A DNA stretch of 64,000 nucleotides from positions 4,154,001 to 4,218,000 of the forward strand of contig CATNEN010000039.1 in NCBI GenBank assembly GCA_950097015.1, read 5' to 3'. Positions 13,329 to 39,000 of the stretch are shown here, piece by piece; the first letter of the stretch is position 1; each line of letters opens with the position of its first letter. Below the pieces are notes generated by a model. It ran no database searches, was not told the origin of the DNA, and was given only the letters and a program-made list of their open reading frames with translations. Both the position numbers and the translations under genes were made by a program. This DNA comes from Macrostomum hystrix. Lineage: Eukaryota > Animalia > Platyhelminthes.

Positions 13329-14180
13329 TTCACCATAGATTCACCTGAGATTTATCTGAACTTCACCATAGATTCACCTGAGATTTATCTGAACTTCACC
13401 ATAGATTCACCTGAGATTTATCTGAACTTCACCATAGATTCACCTGAGATTTATCTGAACTTCACCATAGATTCACCTGAGATTTATCTGAACTTCACCA
13501 TAGATTCACCTGAGATTTATCTGAACTTCACCATAGATTCACCTGAGATTTATATGAACTTCACCATAGATTCACCTGGGACTCACCTGGATTTCACCAT
13601 AGATTCACCTGAGATTTATCTGAACTTCACCATAGATTCACCTGAGATTTATCTGAACTTCACCATAGATTCACCTGAGATTTATCTGAACTTCACCATA
13701 GATTCACCTGAGATTTATCTGAACTTCACCATAGATTCACCTGAGATTTATCTGAACTTCACCATAGATTCACCTGAGATTTATCTGAACTTCACCATAG
13801 ATTCACCTGAGATTTATATGAACTTCACCATAGATTCACCTGAGATTTATCTGAACTTCACCATAGATTCACCTGAGATTTATCTGAACTTCACCATAGA
13901 TTCACCTGAGATTTATATGAACTTCACCATAGATTCACCTGGGACTCACCTGGATTTCACCATAGATTCACCTGAGATTTATCTGAACTTCACCATAGAT
14001 TCACCTGAGACTCACCTGGATTTCACCATAGATTCACAGAAGATTCACCTGGATTCCACCATAGATTCACCTGAGACTCACTTGGATTTCACCATAGATT
14101 CACCTGGATTTCACCATAGATTCACAGAAGATTCACCTGGATTTCACCATAGATTCCCCTGAGATTTACCTGGAACTCAC
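13329..14180. repeat. Minisatellite, 33-bp unit TTCACCATAGA-TTCACCTGAGA-TTTATCTGAAC (3 x 11 bp)
   Basis: Tandem copies decaying into 11-mers at the 3' end. Confidence 0.95.
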
Positions 14181-14609
14181 CAAGTTTTCACCCATTTGGT
14201 GAGGGTTTCAGCTGTGTTTCATCTGCGTCATCAAGATGGATTCAATACCCAACCGAATACCCAGTTGCTGATGGCTAGCTGCAGTAATAACTATTTATGC
14301 TATATATTCTATTTCTAACATTATTCTAAATGTTTTCGAGTTCGATTTAAATGCTTTGTAAACTGGCTTTGAATTTAGTGATTCCTTGTTGTAATGTTGT
14401 AATCATACAGTTTGAATTCTTCATATTTTATAGCGCTTGCAAATTAAAAGTGTTCGAAAACTTGTTACCATGTCAAATAAACTCTAAGCCTTAGCGCTAA
14501 TAAATTATTATGATCGTAAATTATTACGAGTTCTTATTATAAAAAAGTGTAATTAAACGCTTGGAGAAGAAATCTATGAGCAAAGCGCTCAAATGGGAAG
14601 CGAGGGTAG

Positions 14610-15125
14610 ATCCTCAACTGGGAAGTGTGAGTAGACTGCTCAACTAGGGAGCGTGAGTAGACTGCTCAACTGGGAGGCGTGAATAGACTGCTTAACTGAG
14701 GAGCGTGAGTATAGACTGCTTAACTGAGGAGCGTGAGTATAGACTGCTCAACTAGGGAGCGTGAGTATAGACTGCTTAACTGGGAGGCATGAGTATCGAC
14801 TGCTCAACTAGGGAACGTGAGTATCGACTGCTCAACTAGGGAACGTGAGTATCGACTGCTCAACTAGGGAACGTGAGTATCGACTGCTCAACTAGGGAAC
14901 GTGAGTATCGACTGCTCAACTAGGGAGCGTGAGCATAGACTGCTCAACTAGGGAGCGTGAGTATAGACTGCTCAACTGGGAGGCGTGAGTATCGACTGCT
15001 CAACTAGGGAACGTGAGTATCGACTGCTCAACTAGGGAATGTGAGTATCGACTGCTCAACTAGGGAACGTGAGTATCGACTGCTCAACTAGGGAGCGTGA
15101 GTTGACTGCATAATTACGGAGCGTG
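14610..15125. repeat. Minisatellite, 28-bp unit GACTGCTCAACTAGGGAACGTGAGTATC
   Basis: Tandem copies. Confidence 0.95.
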
Positions 15126-15339
15126 ACAAACTGCTTAATTCAAGTTAACTCGCAAAAGTAAAAAGTAAAAAGTGGCGCCCACGCCTCACACAACTGGTGA
15201 GGGAAAACCTCAAGTCTAATTCGTGTCTATGGAGCATTCAATGCAGCAAAGAGCTCAAAATAGGGTCGAATGAGTAGCAGAGCAAGAAGCTAGCATTGAA
15301 ATATAAATAGAGTTAAATGCTAGTTCAATGAAACTCAAC

Positions 15340-15931
15340 ACACACACAGTGACACACACAGCACACTGCTGCAGTGACACACACAGCACACTGCTGCAGT
15401 GACACACACAGCACACTGCTGCAGTGACACACACAGCACACTGCTGCAGTGACACACACAGCACACTGCTGCAGCGACACACACAGCACACTGCTGCAGT
15501 GACACACAGCACACTGCTGCAGTGACACACACAGCGCACTGCTGCAGTGACACACACAGCACACTGCTGCAGTGACACACACAGCGCACTGCTGCAGTGA
15601 CACACACAGCACACAGCACACTGCAACAGTGACACACACAGCACACTGCTGCAGTGACACACACAGCACACTGCTGCAGTGACACACAGCACACTGCTGC
15701 AGTGACACACACAGCACACTGCTGCAGTGACACACACAGCACACTGCTGCAGTGACACACACAGCACACTGCTGCAGTGACACACACAGCACACTGCTGC
15801 AGTGACACACACAGCACACTGCTGCAGCGACACACACAGCACACTGCTGCAGTGACACACAGCACACTGCTGCAGTGACACACACAGCACACTGCTGCAG
15901 TGACACACACAGCACACTGCTGCAGTGACAC
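15340..15931. repeat. Minisatellite, 25-bp unit GTGACACACACAGCACACTGCTGCA
   Basis: Tandem copies with 23-bp variants. Confidence 0.95.
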
Positions 15932-16273
15932 CTGAATGAAGTAAAGCAAAGAAAGCTGTACTTGTCTTTACTCATAGCACAGGAATGACCATGCAATCGT
16001 GAGAATCGGCTGCGACGAGGCTAAGAATTGGTTTATTTTAAACGCAGCGTGAATTAACAAAGTGTAAAAATACAAGCTATTGTTTTCTGATTGGCCAATT
16101 TAAAAAACTACTCACTAATGGCACAGCCGAGGAGAACAGACTAAAGCGTTTTGGAGTGCAAAATTGGCTAGAATTCAAAAGCAAAACAACTGTTTAACTT
16201 GAGGTTGCAATTTTATATTTTGTATATTATACTATATAATAAGTTATCATATTGTACATAAATACATTCCCAA

Positions 16274-16560
16274 CTAGTCAGAGCATCGTACTCACGACTG
16301 GAAGGTCAGAGGTTCGATTCCTGACTCCACTGGAACAATGTGTACACTTAATACAGCATTGCTTCAGTTCACCCAGCTGTTAAATAACTACCAGCACTAG
16401 CTGGGGTAATTGAGGGGTGGGTGTGACGTCCCACCAGTCCATGGACTGAACAGCCGTACGCAGCCTTCAGATAGCTGCAGCTATCGCACGGCTGTGCTGT
16501 CGGCTGCACATCTGGCACGATCGGGCTTGGTGTAATCAATTTACTATTACAACAATATTA
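16274..16560 (+). mobile_element. tRNA-derived SINE family B
   Basis: TAGTCAGAGC...GGTTCGATTCC A/B-box head, CTTCAGTTCACCCAGCTG core and CCAGTCCATGGACTGAACAGCCGTACGCAGCCTT shared with 63505-63692 and ~11770-11840. Confidence 0.7.
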
Positions 16561-17220
16561 ATACTGCGAATATACTGCATTACTTCTATATTGCTTGAAT
16601 CCACTACGTAACACAACTTGACTCGGCACCATTTTCATCGGATTAAAGCAGCACAGAAGCAATTCAGAATCTAATTTAGGACATCATATACTAGTAAGCA
16701 GCGGCATTAAAAGCGGACTCAAGCAAGAGATTGCCGAATGCGAGCACGCCAAATGAAAATAGGACAGAAAATGTTAACATCAGGCATTCTGGCTTGAGAT
16801 GGCATGTCAAGATTAATATGGCGAGCACGTCAAATATGGAAGACAAGCTGGAATCAATCACGATTTATTAATTTCCACTGTTACATAAAATAAGCATGAG
16901 GGTACAGTCACATGGTAAATGTGTTTGCTTGAACAAAGCAATTTCACCAGAAGATCTGCATAGAAAAATAGGCTATTTAAAAAAGTGCTGCATAAGATAA
17001 GGAATTTTCAGACAATTGCTACAGGATAAATCAGCAACAATTTTAGATAGGAATATAAGCATATGGCAGGTATGTAGAATAGAATACTATAGATTAAACA
17101 GTGCAAAATCATATTCTATTATAATTCTATAGAATGTGTGACGTGTGCCAGTTTGAGTAATCAGGAATACACGAGTGAAAGCAGTCTGCACAGTAACAAA
17201 AACTCAGTTGGAATGGAAGC

Positions 17221-29360
<12,140 letters not shown>

Positions 29361-29712
29361 TACTTCTTTAGTTAAATATTAGTCGAATGGTAACTAATTT
29401 TTTGTGCAAGCTTTACTGCAGTATTCAGATAGCTGAAGCATTATAGATAATATTTAAAATGATTTGAATAAAAGTCTGATATTGTCTTTTGCAGCTGAGT
29501 TGTTAGAGCTACAGATTCAACTGAGTTCTTGTGTCTTGTGTTCAAGCTGAGCCTGGCAATCTAGATAAAAAACTACACTGGTATATAGCCATGTACTAAA
29601 TCAAATACAAAAGCCAAAATGTCTTTGAATGTCAGATACATTGCTTATGGCTTAGCAATATTAGTAAGTAAATTAACATAACATAAAAGTGAAACATTAG
29701 ATTGATCAGCCT

Positions 29713-30075
29713 GGGGGTTGAGTGGCAGAGTGGTTAACAAATTTGCCTCTTGCACCAATGACTCTAAGCTTGTTTCTATGACAAGGACACATTAATTTGG
29801 GGTGCAGCTACAGAAAGAAAGCTTGGGACTTTTTGTGCAATATATGCCCCTCAGGACTAACTTCCAAGGCATAGTCAAATGTACACTGCCTGATGATGAG
29901 AAAGTCAATGCAGTTGTACACACCCTTTGTGAGCATGTGCTTGCATTTAGTCTAAGTGCCTATGTGCTTACGAGTTGGTGAAATAGGCAGAATTGCCTCC
30001 TTGTTGACTGCAGGTTTAGTGTCATAAAAGATGTGAGATTGCCCATGGCCCCTTAAAATTATTATAATCATTATT
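29713..30075 (+). mobile_element. SINE family A copy (diverged, complete head)
   Basis: GGGGTTGAGTGGCAGAGTGGTTAA head; same body motifs; ATT-rich tail. Confidence 0.7.
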
Positions 30076-31166
30076 AGATTAGCCTAGCTATCCTAGTTAG
30101 GCTAATTAGTATTAGTAATTAATTAGTAATTAATACAATCAGTAATTAGTATTTACTAGTAATTTTAAAGCTAGCAAACCAAACATGTAAAAGATATTGG
30201 ATCACTTGTCATTTTCCCTGACATTATTTTTTTATCTTTACAAATTGGCCAATTCATTCGAAAAAATGATAAAATTAGATCCTTTGATCATAAAAAATTA
30301 ACAGAAAATTACTTAAAGGTACAGCAAAGTATGAGTTGAAATGCAATAGGGCCTAGCCTGCAAGGCTACAATGAAATACTTACTTGACCCAAAAAGGTTA
30401 GTTAGTTGCTAGTTCTCTACTATAAAGAAGTCATTAAAACTTTCATGATAAAATATATTTGAATAAAACATGCAAAACTAAACTAGAGGATTGCCTTTGA
30501 TGTAGACTGAAAGCTAGTACATTTGAAAATGTGCGACTTTTCTTATTTTTGTTTAAATTATGTATAATATTTGTTTTAAGGCGAAAATATTTGTTTAAAA
30601 CAATACGAAAATTAGTATAAATACAGGAGCGAAAGCGAGAGAAAATTAACTTTGTTCAATGCAGTTTGAATCAAAGTTCGTATACAATACTCAGAATTGT
30701 GTTCTTTTCATTCTTTATAAAACATACGGAGACGAATACTAAGAAGGATTCCAGAGAGAGAAATAGAAAGTATTGCTGTATACTTGAGATCATTGGTAAC
30801 ACTCTTAGGAAAGCCTATACTCAGAAATACATACATGCGATAAGTTAATCAGCCAGAATACTTAAATCGCTACCTTAGACTAACTAAAGACGATATTGAG
30901 GGTTAATTAAATACACTACCAAGAAATTGTTTTGAACATATAGAATACATTCTCAGAAATTAATTCTAAGAAAAATTATCAGTAAAGAATACAACAACAT
31001 TGTGAGAGTAAAAGTTAGAATAATAATTAGCGCTAGAACAACTTTGGTGGCATTTAGTAGAATACTAGCAAGTTTTGCCCCCCTTCGGGGAGCAGAAATA
31101 TTTTTAATTCGTCCAGTATACACTTTTTAGCAGCTGTGTTTTTAGCCTTTTTTACGCTACAATGAT

Positions 31167-31787
31167 CAGTTGACAATGATCCCCCAGTTAATAATGATCC
31201 CCCGGTTGACAATGGTCCCTCAGTCGATAATGATTCCCAGTTGACAATGATCTGGGACAATGATCCCCCAGTTGACAATGATCCCCCAGTTGACAATGAT
31301 CCCCCAGTTGACAATGATCTGGGACAATGATCCCCCAGTTGACAATGGTCCCCCAGTCGACAATGATTCCCCAGTTGACAATGATCCCCCAGTTGATGAT
31401 GATCCCCCAGTTGACAATGTTCCCCAAGTTGACAATGATTCCACAGTTGACAATGATCCCCCAGTTGATGATGATCCACCAGTTGAAGATGGTCACCCAG
31501 TTGACAATGATCCCCCAGTTGACATTGATCCCCCAGGTTACAATGATCCCCCAGTTGATGATGATCACCCAGTTGACAATTATCTCCCAGTTGACTATGA
31601 TCCCCCATTGATGATGATCCCCAGTTGACAATGTTACCCCAGTTGGCTATTACCCCCTAGTTGACAATGATCCCCCAGTTGATGATGATCACCCAGTTGA
31701 CAATGATCTCCCAGTTGACCATGATCCCCCATTTGATGATGATTCCCCAGTTTACAATTATCCCACAGTTGACGATTATCCCCCAGT
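31167..31787. repeat. Minisatellite, 18-bp unit CAGTTGACAATGATCCCC
   Basis: Degenerate tandem copies. Confidence 0.93.
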
Positions 31788-31799
31788 TCTTGTTTAGCT

Positions 31800-32133
31800 T
31801 TGATTCAAACTCTGGTTTAGCCATGATATAAACTCTGGTTTAGCCATGATTCAAACTCTGGTTTAGCCATGATTCAAACTGTGGTTTAGCCATGATTCAA
31901 ACTCTTGTTTAGCCATTATTCAAACTCTGGTTTTGCCATGATTCAAACGTAAATTTAGCCATGATTCAGACTCTGGTTTAGCCATGATTCAGTCTCTGGT
32001 TTAGCCATGATTCAAACTCTAGTTTAGCCATGATTCAAACGCTGGTTTTGCCATGAGAACTAATTTCCCCAGCAGCAGAGAACTAATTTCCCCAGCAGCA
32101 GAGAACTAATTCCCCCAGCAGCAGAGAACTAAT
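31800..32133. repeat. Two adjacent 23-bp minisatellites (CCATGATTCAAACTCTGGTTTAG; AGAACTAATTTCCCCAGCAGCAG)
   Basis: About 11 and 3.5 copies, directly juxtaposed. Confidence 0.9.
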
Positions 32134-32728
32134 GTTCTCCAAACAGAAGAGAACCTCCATAATACCAGAATGGAGGCTACTTGCAGGCTACCAAACTCGC
32201 AGCAAGAAATTTTTGCCCTTTTTCTTTGACAGGAAACCATTGCCCCCAAATAGCATAGAAACGATGTGTCCATCGTTTTACTCAGCCCAGAAGGCAACAA
32301 ATATCTCCTGTTACATCTCCTGTTACATGTGGCACTGTAGATACATTTAGAAAACTGTTAAACACATTTAGAAAATCGTTGAGCACTTTAGAAAACGGTT
32401 TCGATCAGTGTTCGTCGAATAAAGTTTTATAATTATTATTATTAAATAAGCTATTTTTTTGATCGAATAACGCTTAAAACAATGCTCAAAAAAAGAAAAA
32501 TTTGAAATAATTTACGCTCTTAGCTGCGCTCAATATTTTTTCTTGCAGTTCTCAATTGTGATAACGCCTGCAGCTATGCACAAAAAATATTTCCTAAGTT
32601 TTATTATCGAATAAAACTTGCTGCTTTACTCTAAAACGAATACTATTTTCTGAAAGCGAGTACAGGAATAATAAAGCTAACAAATATCTGCTTCGACAGT
32701 AGCTAACCAAAATCGCTTACTTACTTAC

Positions 32729-33200
32729 TCGTATTTATAATCGAACCCAAAAATGCCCAAAAAATACTAATAAACAGGAGCTTACGTTTTTTACTGCTGA
32801 TGATTAGAAAATTAAAAGAAAAAGAAGCAGTAACAAAACCGATGCTGAAATTCTACCTGCATTCTACAAAAGCATTAAAGTGCTTTACTTCGGAGCTAGA
32901 TGAAAAGAAAGCGGCACAATGATCGAAGTCGAGACAAGGTTTGACAATAGAAAGGCTGCAGTTTTATGGATAGAAAGGAGGAGGAGAGGTCTCGCTAGCA
33001 TTGAGCATCATAAAAGCCCAATCATGAAATCTGCTATGTACGGTTTGCGTATTTAAATCAAATCACTCAATCAGCCAAGAGACAAATTTATAAACGTACG
33101 TACGGGTCGAAAAGCAGTGACGCAATCCTATTCAATTGAGAGTATCGGGCCCTGTTCTGTGCTATACCAATGCACGCGCGGGCGAGAAAAAGCACCGATG
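32729..33200 (-). promoter_or_regulatory. Possible aPKC promoter and 5' UTR exon
   Basis: Minus-strand GTAAGT donor near 32728 could pair with the acceptor at ~29561; clustered CCAAT motifs and a TGACGCAA motif lie at 33015-33170. Confidence 0.35.
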
Positions 33201-33329
33201 CAATCTAATAAAACTGACAGTGTCCGGCCCTATTCTAATTTAACCTTGTTTGGCCTCCTATTGAAAGCAATAGGAAAACTCGTTTTTCGAATATTTAATA
33301 TTGTTAGCATTGAAGCAGACTAACGAAAT

Positions 33330-33468
33330 TTTCAAGGTCTCATGCCAGTAAAATTTGACATGTTTAGCAAAAAACGCGATCAAATTTGGTTGAGGCATTT
33401 AGCCTGTGTATCGAAATTCCACAGACAGACAGACAGACAGACTTTAGAGATTTAGTATAGTTGGATTA
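33330..33468 (+). mobile_element. Probable 3' end of a Helitron/Helentron-associated non-autonomous element
   Basis: AAATTTGGTTGAG...(CAGA)n...CTTTAGAGATTTAGTATAG layout typical of DINE/HINE-like 3' ends; 5' end not seen. Confidence 0.4.
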
Positions 33469-33973
33469 AAATATTATAAAATAACCCTAGGACAACTTTG
33501 ACGGCAGCGGTGGGATTAAATTAGCCCTACAACACCTTTTTCTCTTAAGCATGCCTTTCAGTTAGCTAGAATAAAGCTAGCTGTAGCATATATAATCCTT
33601 AAGACTTATAAGACTTATATATAGACCTTAAAACAACAATAGATAGGCCTAGGCTAGGCCTAGTAATATATACTCAAATTACTCTAAACATATACATTAC
33701 ACATTAAAAATTACACAAAAAATTGTTTCTAATATTAATAATATAGCATCAAATTCTATTAGGCCTATCCTGTTCTTGATCTAGCAAAAAAAATTCCTCT
33801 AGCCAAGGCCTAAGCCATGTAGGAGCTAATGATCTATTGTGCACATGCTTGCAAATTAGATAGAGCCTACAAGGGGCAGGCAGCTGTGGCATGGGGGCTA
33901 ATAGGCCTACTCAGCGCCTGCAGGCTGCAAGTCAGCCAGAAAACATTCAGTTAGCATCAGAGTCCACCATTGG

Positions 33974-34661
33974 GTAACAGGACAATTCGGTAACAGACAA
34001 TTCGGTAACAGACAGTTCGGTAACACCACAGGACAGTTCGGTAACACCACAGGACAGTTCGGTAACATATCAAGGGACAGTTCGGTAACAATTGATTAAA
34101 CTGGATCGGAAGGGTTTTTTGCCAAATTATTTTATGTTTAGTTTGGTAAAGTTACAAAGTAAAGTCAATAGCACTTCGAACCATATTTAGCTTTTCGAAA
34201 TATGAGTATGAGGTTGCATTTTGCATGTTACATATTTCACATTTGGGCGTCAAATAGCGACAATGTACCGTCATCAAGTCATTCATACAGTCATCAAGTG
34301 AGGCCAAATTTCGTGTGATCACACAATTTGCACTAATTTTTCATCCCTTTGTACATCCCTTTGAACGAGCCTTTACCCTACTTGCACACTCTAAATGACG
34401 TGTCAGTTTCAGATACATCAGTAACATCAGTCAGTCGTGTCCTAGCAACGATAGTAGATACATTGTTAGAACAAACCTAGATTGATTTTATTGACTTTCA
34501 ATTGTTACCGAACTGTCCCCGGTGTGTTACCGAACTGTCTCCTGTATGTTACCGAACTGTCCTTGAGTGTTACCAAACTGTCTGTTACCGAACTGTCCTT
34601 GAGTGTTACCGAACTGTCTGTTACCGAACTGTCTGTTAGGCCTACCGACTGTCCTGTATTC
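33974..34661. mobile_element. Mutator-like MITE with long modular inverted termini
   Basis: Arrays of GACAGTTCGGTAACA (33980-34095) inverted against TGTTACCGAACTGTC (34498-34660); flanked by direct repeat CACCATTGG (33965-33973 and 34662-34670). Confidence 0.75.
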
Positions 34662-36011
34662 CACCATTGGCCTCAGTGCTTCTGCTCCATTGGCTGGTGT
34701 AGGAGGACAAGGGCCAAAGGGACTTGCACACTGCAGACAGTAGCCCAGCAGCATTTAGTTGTGGAAGGTGACACTCAGGTCTGGAATGCTGGCATTTGCC
34801 ATTAGGCTATGTCTCTGGGAAGCAACCTGTTGGGATAGTGCAGTGCATGCCCATGGCTGGGCATAGCATAGCAGGGACCTGTTGCAAGTCATGATGCATA
34901 GCTACAAAATACAAAACATAGCTACAATGCTTTAAAATAAAGTAATCTAGCTAGCTGAATTTTAAATTTTGGCCTTTACTTGATTCTAAGAGTTTTAAGA
35001 CCACTCTTGGGGTCTTTGGGGTCTAGTCCTTCTAGGAGTAGAGTAGGACTATGTCTGCTATAATAAAATTAGGCCTACTTAGCCTAATTCTAGCTAACTT
35101 CTAGCGCTAGCTAGCTTGGCTATTTTTCCCGCTTTAAGCTTTAAGCTTTATTTATATATAGGGCCTAGCAATAGCCATAGCTAGGTCGACTTCCATAGAA
35201 AGGAAGTGGGAAAAACCTTAATTTTCTGGTGTCTCATTCAAGGGCGTAGGCCAAATGCCTAATGCGTTAACAAGATCTTTCTCTGTCTTTTTTTAACGTA
35301 TATTATAGGCATAGCTAGGAATTAATACAGCAACATAAATAGGCCATGGGCTACAAACGCAGGAAATGGGACGTAAAATTATATAAATTTGAGATCATCA
35401 CCCGGGTTTAATTGACAAACATTATCAAGTTAAAACAAAATCTGCTTACAGTTTAAATATTTTAAAGAACACATAGCTAAAAAACTTAACTGATTTTTTT
35501 GTTAAAATAAAAAATACATTAAAAACGCCCTAAAATTCATAAATGATTTGAGTTTTGGCTTGAGGACTTTCACAGAATAATAACACGAGCGTTTTGTATA
35601 TATTATGCTAATTCGATCAAGCTAAGATTAAAAGCTAGAATTCTATCATGTACTCACTTCTCTTAATTTGACCTATGAAAGCATTTTTGGCCTAGAAAAG
35701 TCACCGGGTAGCTTAAATAGTTTAGCTGTTTGCCAAGGCCTGTTGTTATTGCCAATATTGGCCTTATTTGTCTAATTTAATTCTAAATTTCCCACCTCAT
35801 TAAGACAGCGAAGTTGTAGGTATTCAGCTGTAAAGACATCTATTTAAAAAATTAGTAGCTCTGATCCATCGGTTTACATTATAACAGTTGCAGAGTAGTA
35901 AAGTTAGAATATAACTTAAGAACCAATTGTTAATTGTTATAGTCATAGACTATTGTAATTGTTGTAGCCATTATTCGCTATTAACAAAAAAGTTTTATGC
36001 ACAAATAAAAT

Positions 36012-39000
36012 ATGGAGTCAGGAGACACACTGACAACACTTAAAATATTGATTATTGGAGAAAGTGGAGTTGGAAAGTCTAGGTATGTAAATTTTGCTGC
36101 TAAAGTATATTTTAGTTGTGTATGTCATGTTAATAGTGTGATGTTAGGCCTATGTATACTATTATCGCATTATCCTAAGCTAGAGGTCAGACAAGATTTT
36201 TATAACAGATCTTGGCAAGATCTGAACAATTTCCATTTTGACTGTAGATATCAGTTTTCTCAAGATTTTTTTAGATTGAAGGTTGGAAACATTTACTAAC
36301 CATTAAGATACTTTGTAGCTGGAAAAATTTCAATATGAATTTGAATTATGTTAATAATGCTACTATGCATACATAGATAATTTTTGTAGACTACTATTCA
36401 TTTTTTATCCTTAAAATTTTTAAGATTTTGACTTGTCATTGTTCCCGCTTCAGCTTGATATCATTCTTCAGTTGAAAAAATAAAGTAAGGTAGAAGTTAG
36501 AAGGGTGTTACTACCCATGGTGCAGAAGGATTTCTGTGTACGACGGAAGGCAAATTTCAGTTTTGGCCTGCTGTACGACAGTATGACACAAGTGAACTAA
36601 GTAATTTTTTTTGTACGACAAACTACAATGCAGAAACCCACATACTCCCGACCCAGACAAAGAGTAATAATAAGTTGTAAGTGGTAATAACAAGTTTACA
36701 AGTAATTGAAGTAATATTAATTATGAATGATTCAATTAAATGAATTTATCAATTGGCATTATTGTTGCCGTCTTTGGGCTTCTGCTTCCGACGGCCGATG
36801 AATGGCACACGGGAAACAGCTGCTGCGCGCCTCTGCAGCACCTTGCCGATGGCGTCCTTAGTTTTGGCAGCAAAAAACGGACTCCAATGTGGACGAATCC
36901 CACGGCTTTTGTCGCCTTTAAAAAAAAGTTTTGCAGAGTCATCGAGAAATTCTTCGCATGCATCACCGCCCATGGGTGGTAGCAACCAAGCTAACTTAGC
37001 ACGAAGCTGAAGGGTGTCGTTGGTTTGGCCTCCCTGTTGCTGTTGCGACTGCATAGTCGAGTAGAAGCTCTCGACAATCGCTTCTGGAAGAAAAAGGCGG
37101 AAAAAATGTAGATGAAATTCTGATCAAATCTGACTGACTTGCCCAAGGTGACATTAGTTAATTTGTAGATAGCAACTGGAATTTGCAACTCACCAGTGCC
37201 ACCTCGGTGTAGTGCAAAATCAAGTAGTGCACATGTTGCAGGGCCGGCTCGCTGGAAAACGTCTGGGTCGGCATAGAAAGACGCATAAACTGCTGCTTCG
37301 TCCACCACAACAGATGAAAATTCACCACCTGCTGTCGAACCCAATAGATGCAGCAATAACTGACGTGCCAAAGTGGGTGCTGCTACTTTTAAATCCGTCA
37401 GTGGCCCGTTGATGGAAGGCACCAGCCAGCTACTGCGGCCTTCACCCGTGAAAATGACGTGGCGTATAGTGTCCACAAAGTTCGCAGCATACCTAAGTTT
37501 AGTGGACAAAAAATAAAATTAAATACAATTCGATTTCGTTACATTTTTCTGTAGCAAAGTGGTCTTGAAATATGTGATTTCCAGCCTCACACTAGTAACA
37601 GTACCAGTGCATTTATAGTTTTGATTGTGAAGGAGCTCACCTTCGGGCCATGGGAACTTTCAGATGAGCCAGGTGCTTATGCTTGACTGCCTCGGTCACA
37701 AGCCGCTTAAAGGCGGGAGCGCACTGGTCTGCAAACTCTTCTGCTGCAACTTCAGGGTCCCTGCATGCAATGGCACGGAAGACGGCAGCTGCATCGAAGG
37801 AGGCACAATCAGAGGTGCTCGTGTCGCAGCAGCGTTGAATGCGAGCAACAAAGCTGCAGTGAAGTGCCCCGGCAAGCTTCTGTGTATCACGTGCAATGTC
37901 CTGAGGAAGGAGGAAGAAGGATGGAGCTGAATAATGAAGCACAAAGGAGAATATGGTAACTTTGGCAGAGTACATAATATAATGATTGCACAAGCTTACC
38001 TCCATGTCTCGAGCGCGCCACTGATCCTGGTCAGAGGCAGAGCCAGCAACTGGCTTTTTTACTTTGAGCCAGCCGTCCAGCAGAGTCACGCCATCAAATG
38101 TGCCACCAACGTGCAGATTGTCGATGTGCTCATGCAGCGTGGGGTAGTCCTCACTACGAAACTGCTCTGCACGGACATGGAGGAACTCAGCTACCAATGG
38201 CCATAAGGTAGACACTTTCCAGTGGGGCAGCTGAAGATTCTGCGCAATCTCCATAAGAGCTCTGTGCAAGTGTTATGTGTTTGGAGTAAGTACGAGGGGT
38301 GTTTCAAAAGTAACGAGAATTTAGTCATAACTTTTTAATGGATAAACTTTTTAACTTGAAATTTTTACCCGATAATTTTGCAAATATGGACAGCACACAG
38401 CTTCAGTTGCAACCCTGTCGGTCTACATGCACCAGTGAAATCGCACATTGAAGTCCAGACCTCGAGATTAAAAATTACGATTTTTGTCAGTGGAAAAGAG
38501 TGAACAGGTGAACGTGTTTGTTGTGTCAAAAATCAGCGCCTTCGTCCATTTCTTCAGCGATTTCAGCACGCTCCACAAAGCTGCCATCGAGCTGGATACA
38601 TTTCTCATAGCGATGCAGCAGTTTGTCGATTCCCTCCCCCCAAAAACTCGCAGGCAGCGCATGGAGAGATTCGTTGGCCGCCGCAATGACTTCCTGTCGA
38701 CTGGTGAAGACGCGACCTCGCATGGGCTTCTTCATTACTCCAAACAAGTGAAAGTCAGCAATGGCGAGGTCTGGTGAATAAGGTGGATGATTAAGCAGCC
38801 GAAAACCGAGCTCTTCCACTTTCCTTGTGGTGGCCGCGGCGACGTGAGGGCGAGCGTTGTCCCACAAGATGAAGGGCCTGGCGCGCATGATGCGTCGCTT
38901 CTGGAGGATGACTTCACGCAGACGAGCAACTTGATCTTGCACGTATGCAGCATTGATGGTGGCCTTGTCTGGCAGGTAGTCGACCATCAGAACCCCACAG

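Noticed and set aside
13554-14162. 202-aa ORF of NFTIDSPEIYL repeats
   Set aside because: Artefact of a stop-free 33-bp unit; no splice or domain support.
15255-15996. Cys-rich, metallothionein- or keratin-like ORFs
   Set aside because: All three frames are open across the 25-bp repeat; not a gene.
16274-16335. tRNA-like sequence (also at ~29713 and ~63510)
   Set aside because: No complete cloverleaf; each continues into a repeated SINE body.
31054-31631. QLGDHC repeat ORF resembling a hexapeptide beta-helix
   Set aside because: Coincides exactly with the 18-bp minisatellite in a probable 5' UTR intron.
33980-34660. Repeat-spacer pattern resembling a CRISPR array
   Set aside because: Repeats are 15 bp with 0-9-nt spacers, arranged as inverted arms with a target duplication; eukaryotic context and no cas genes.
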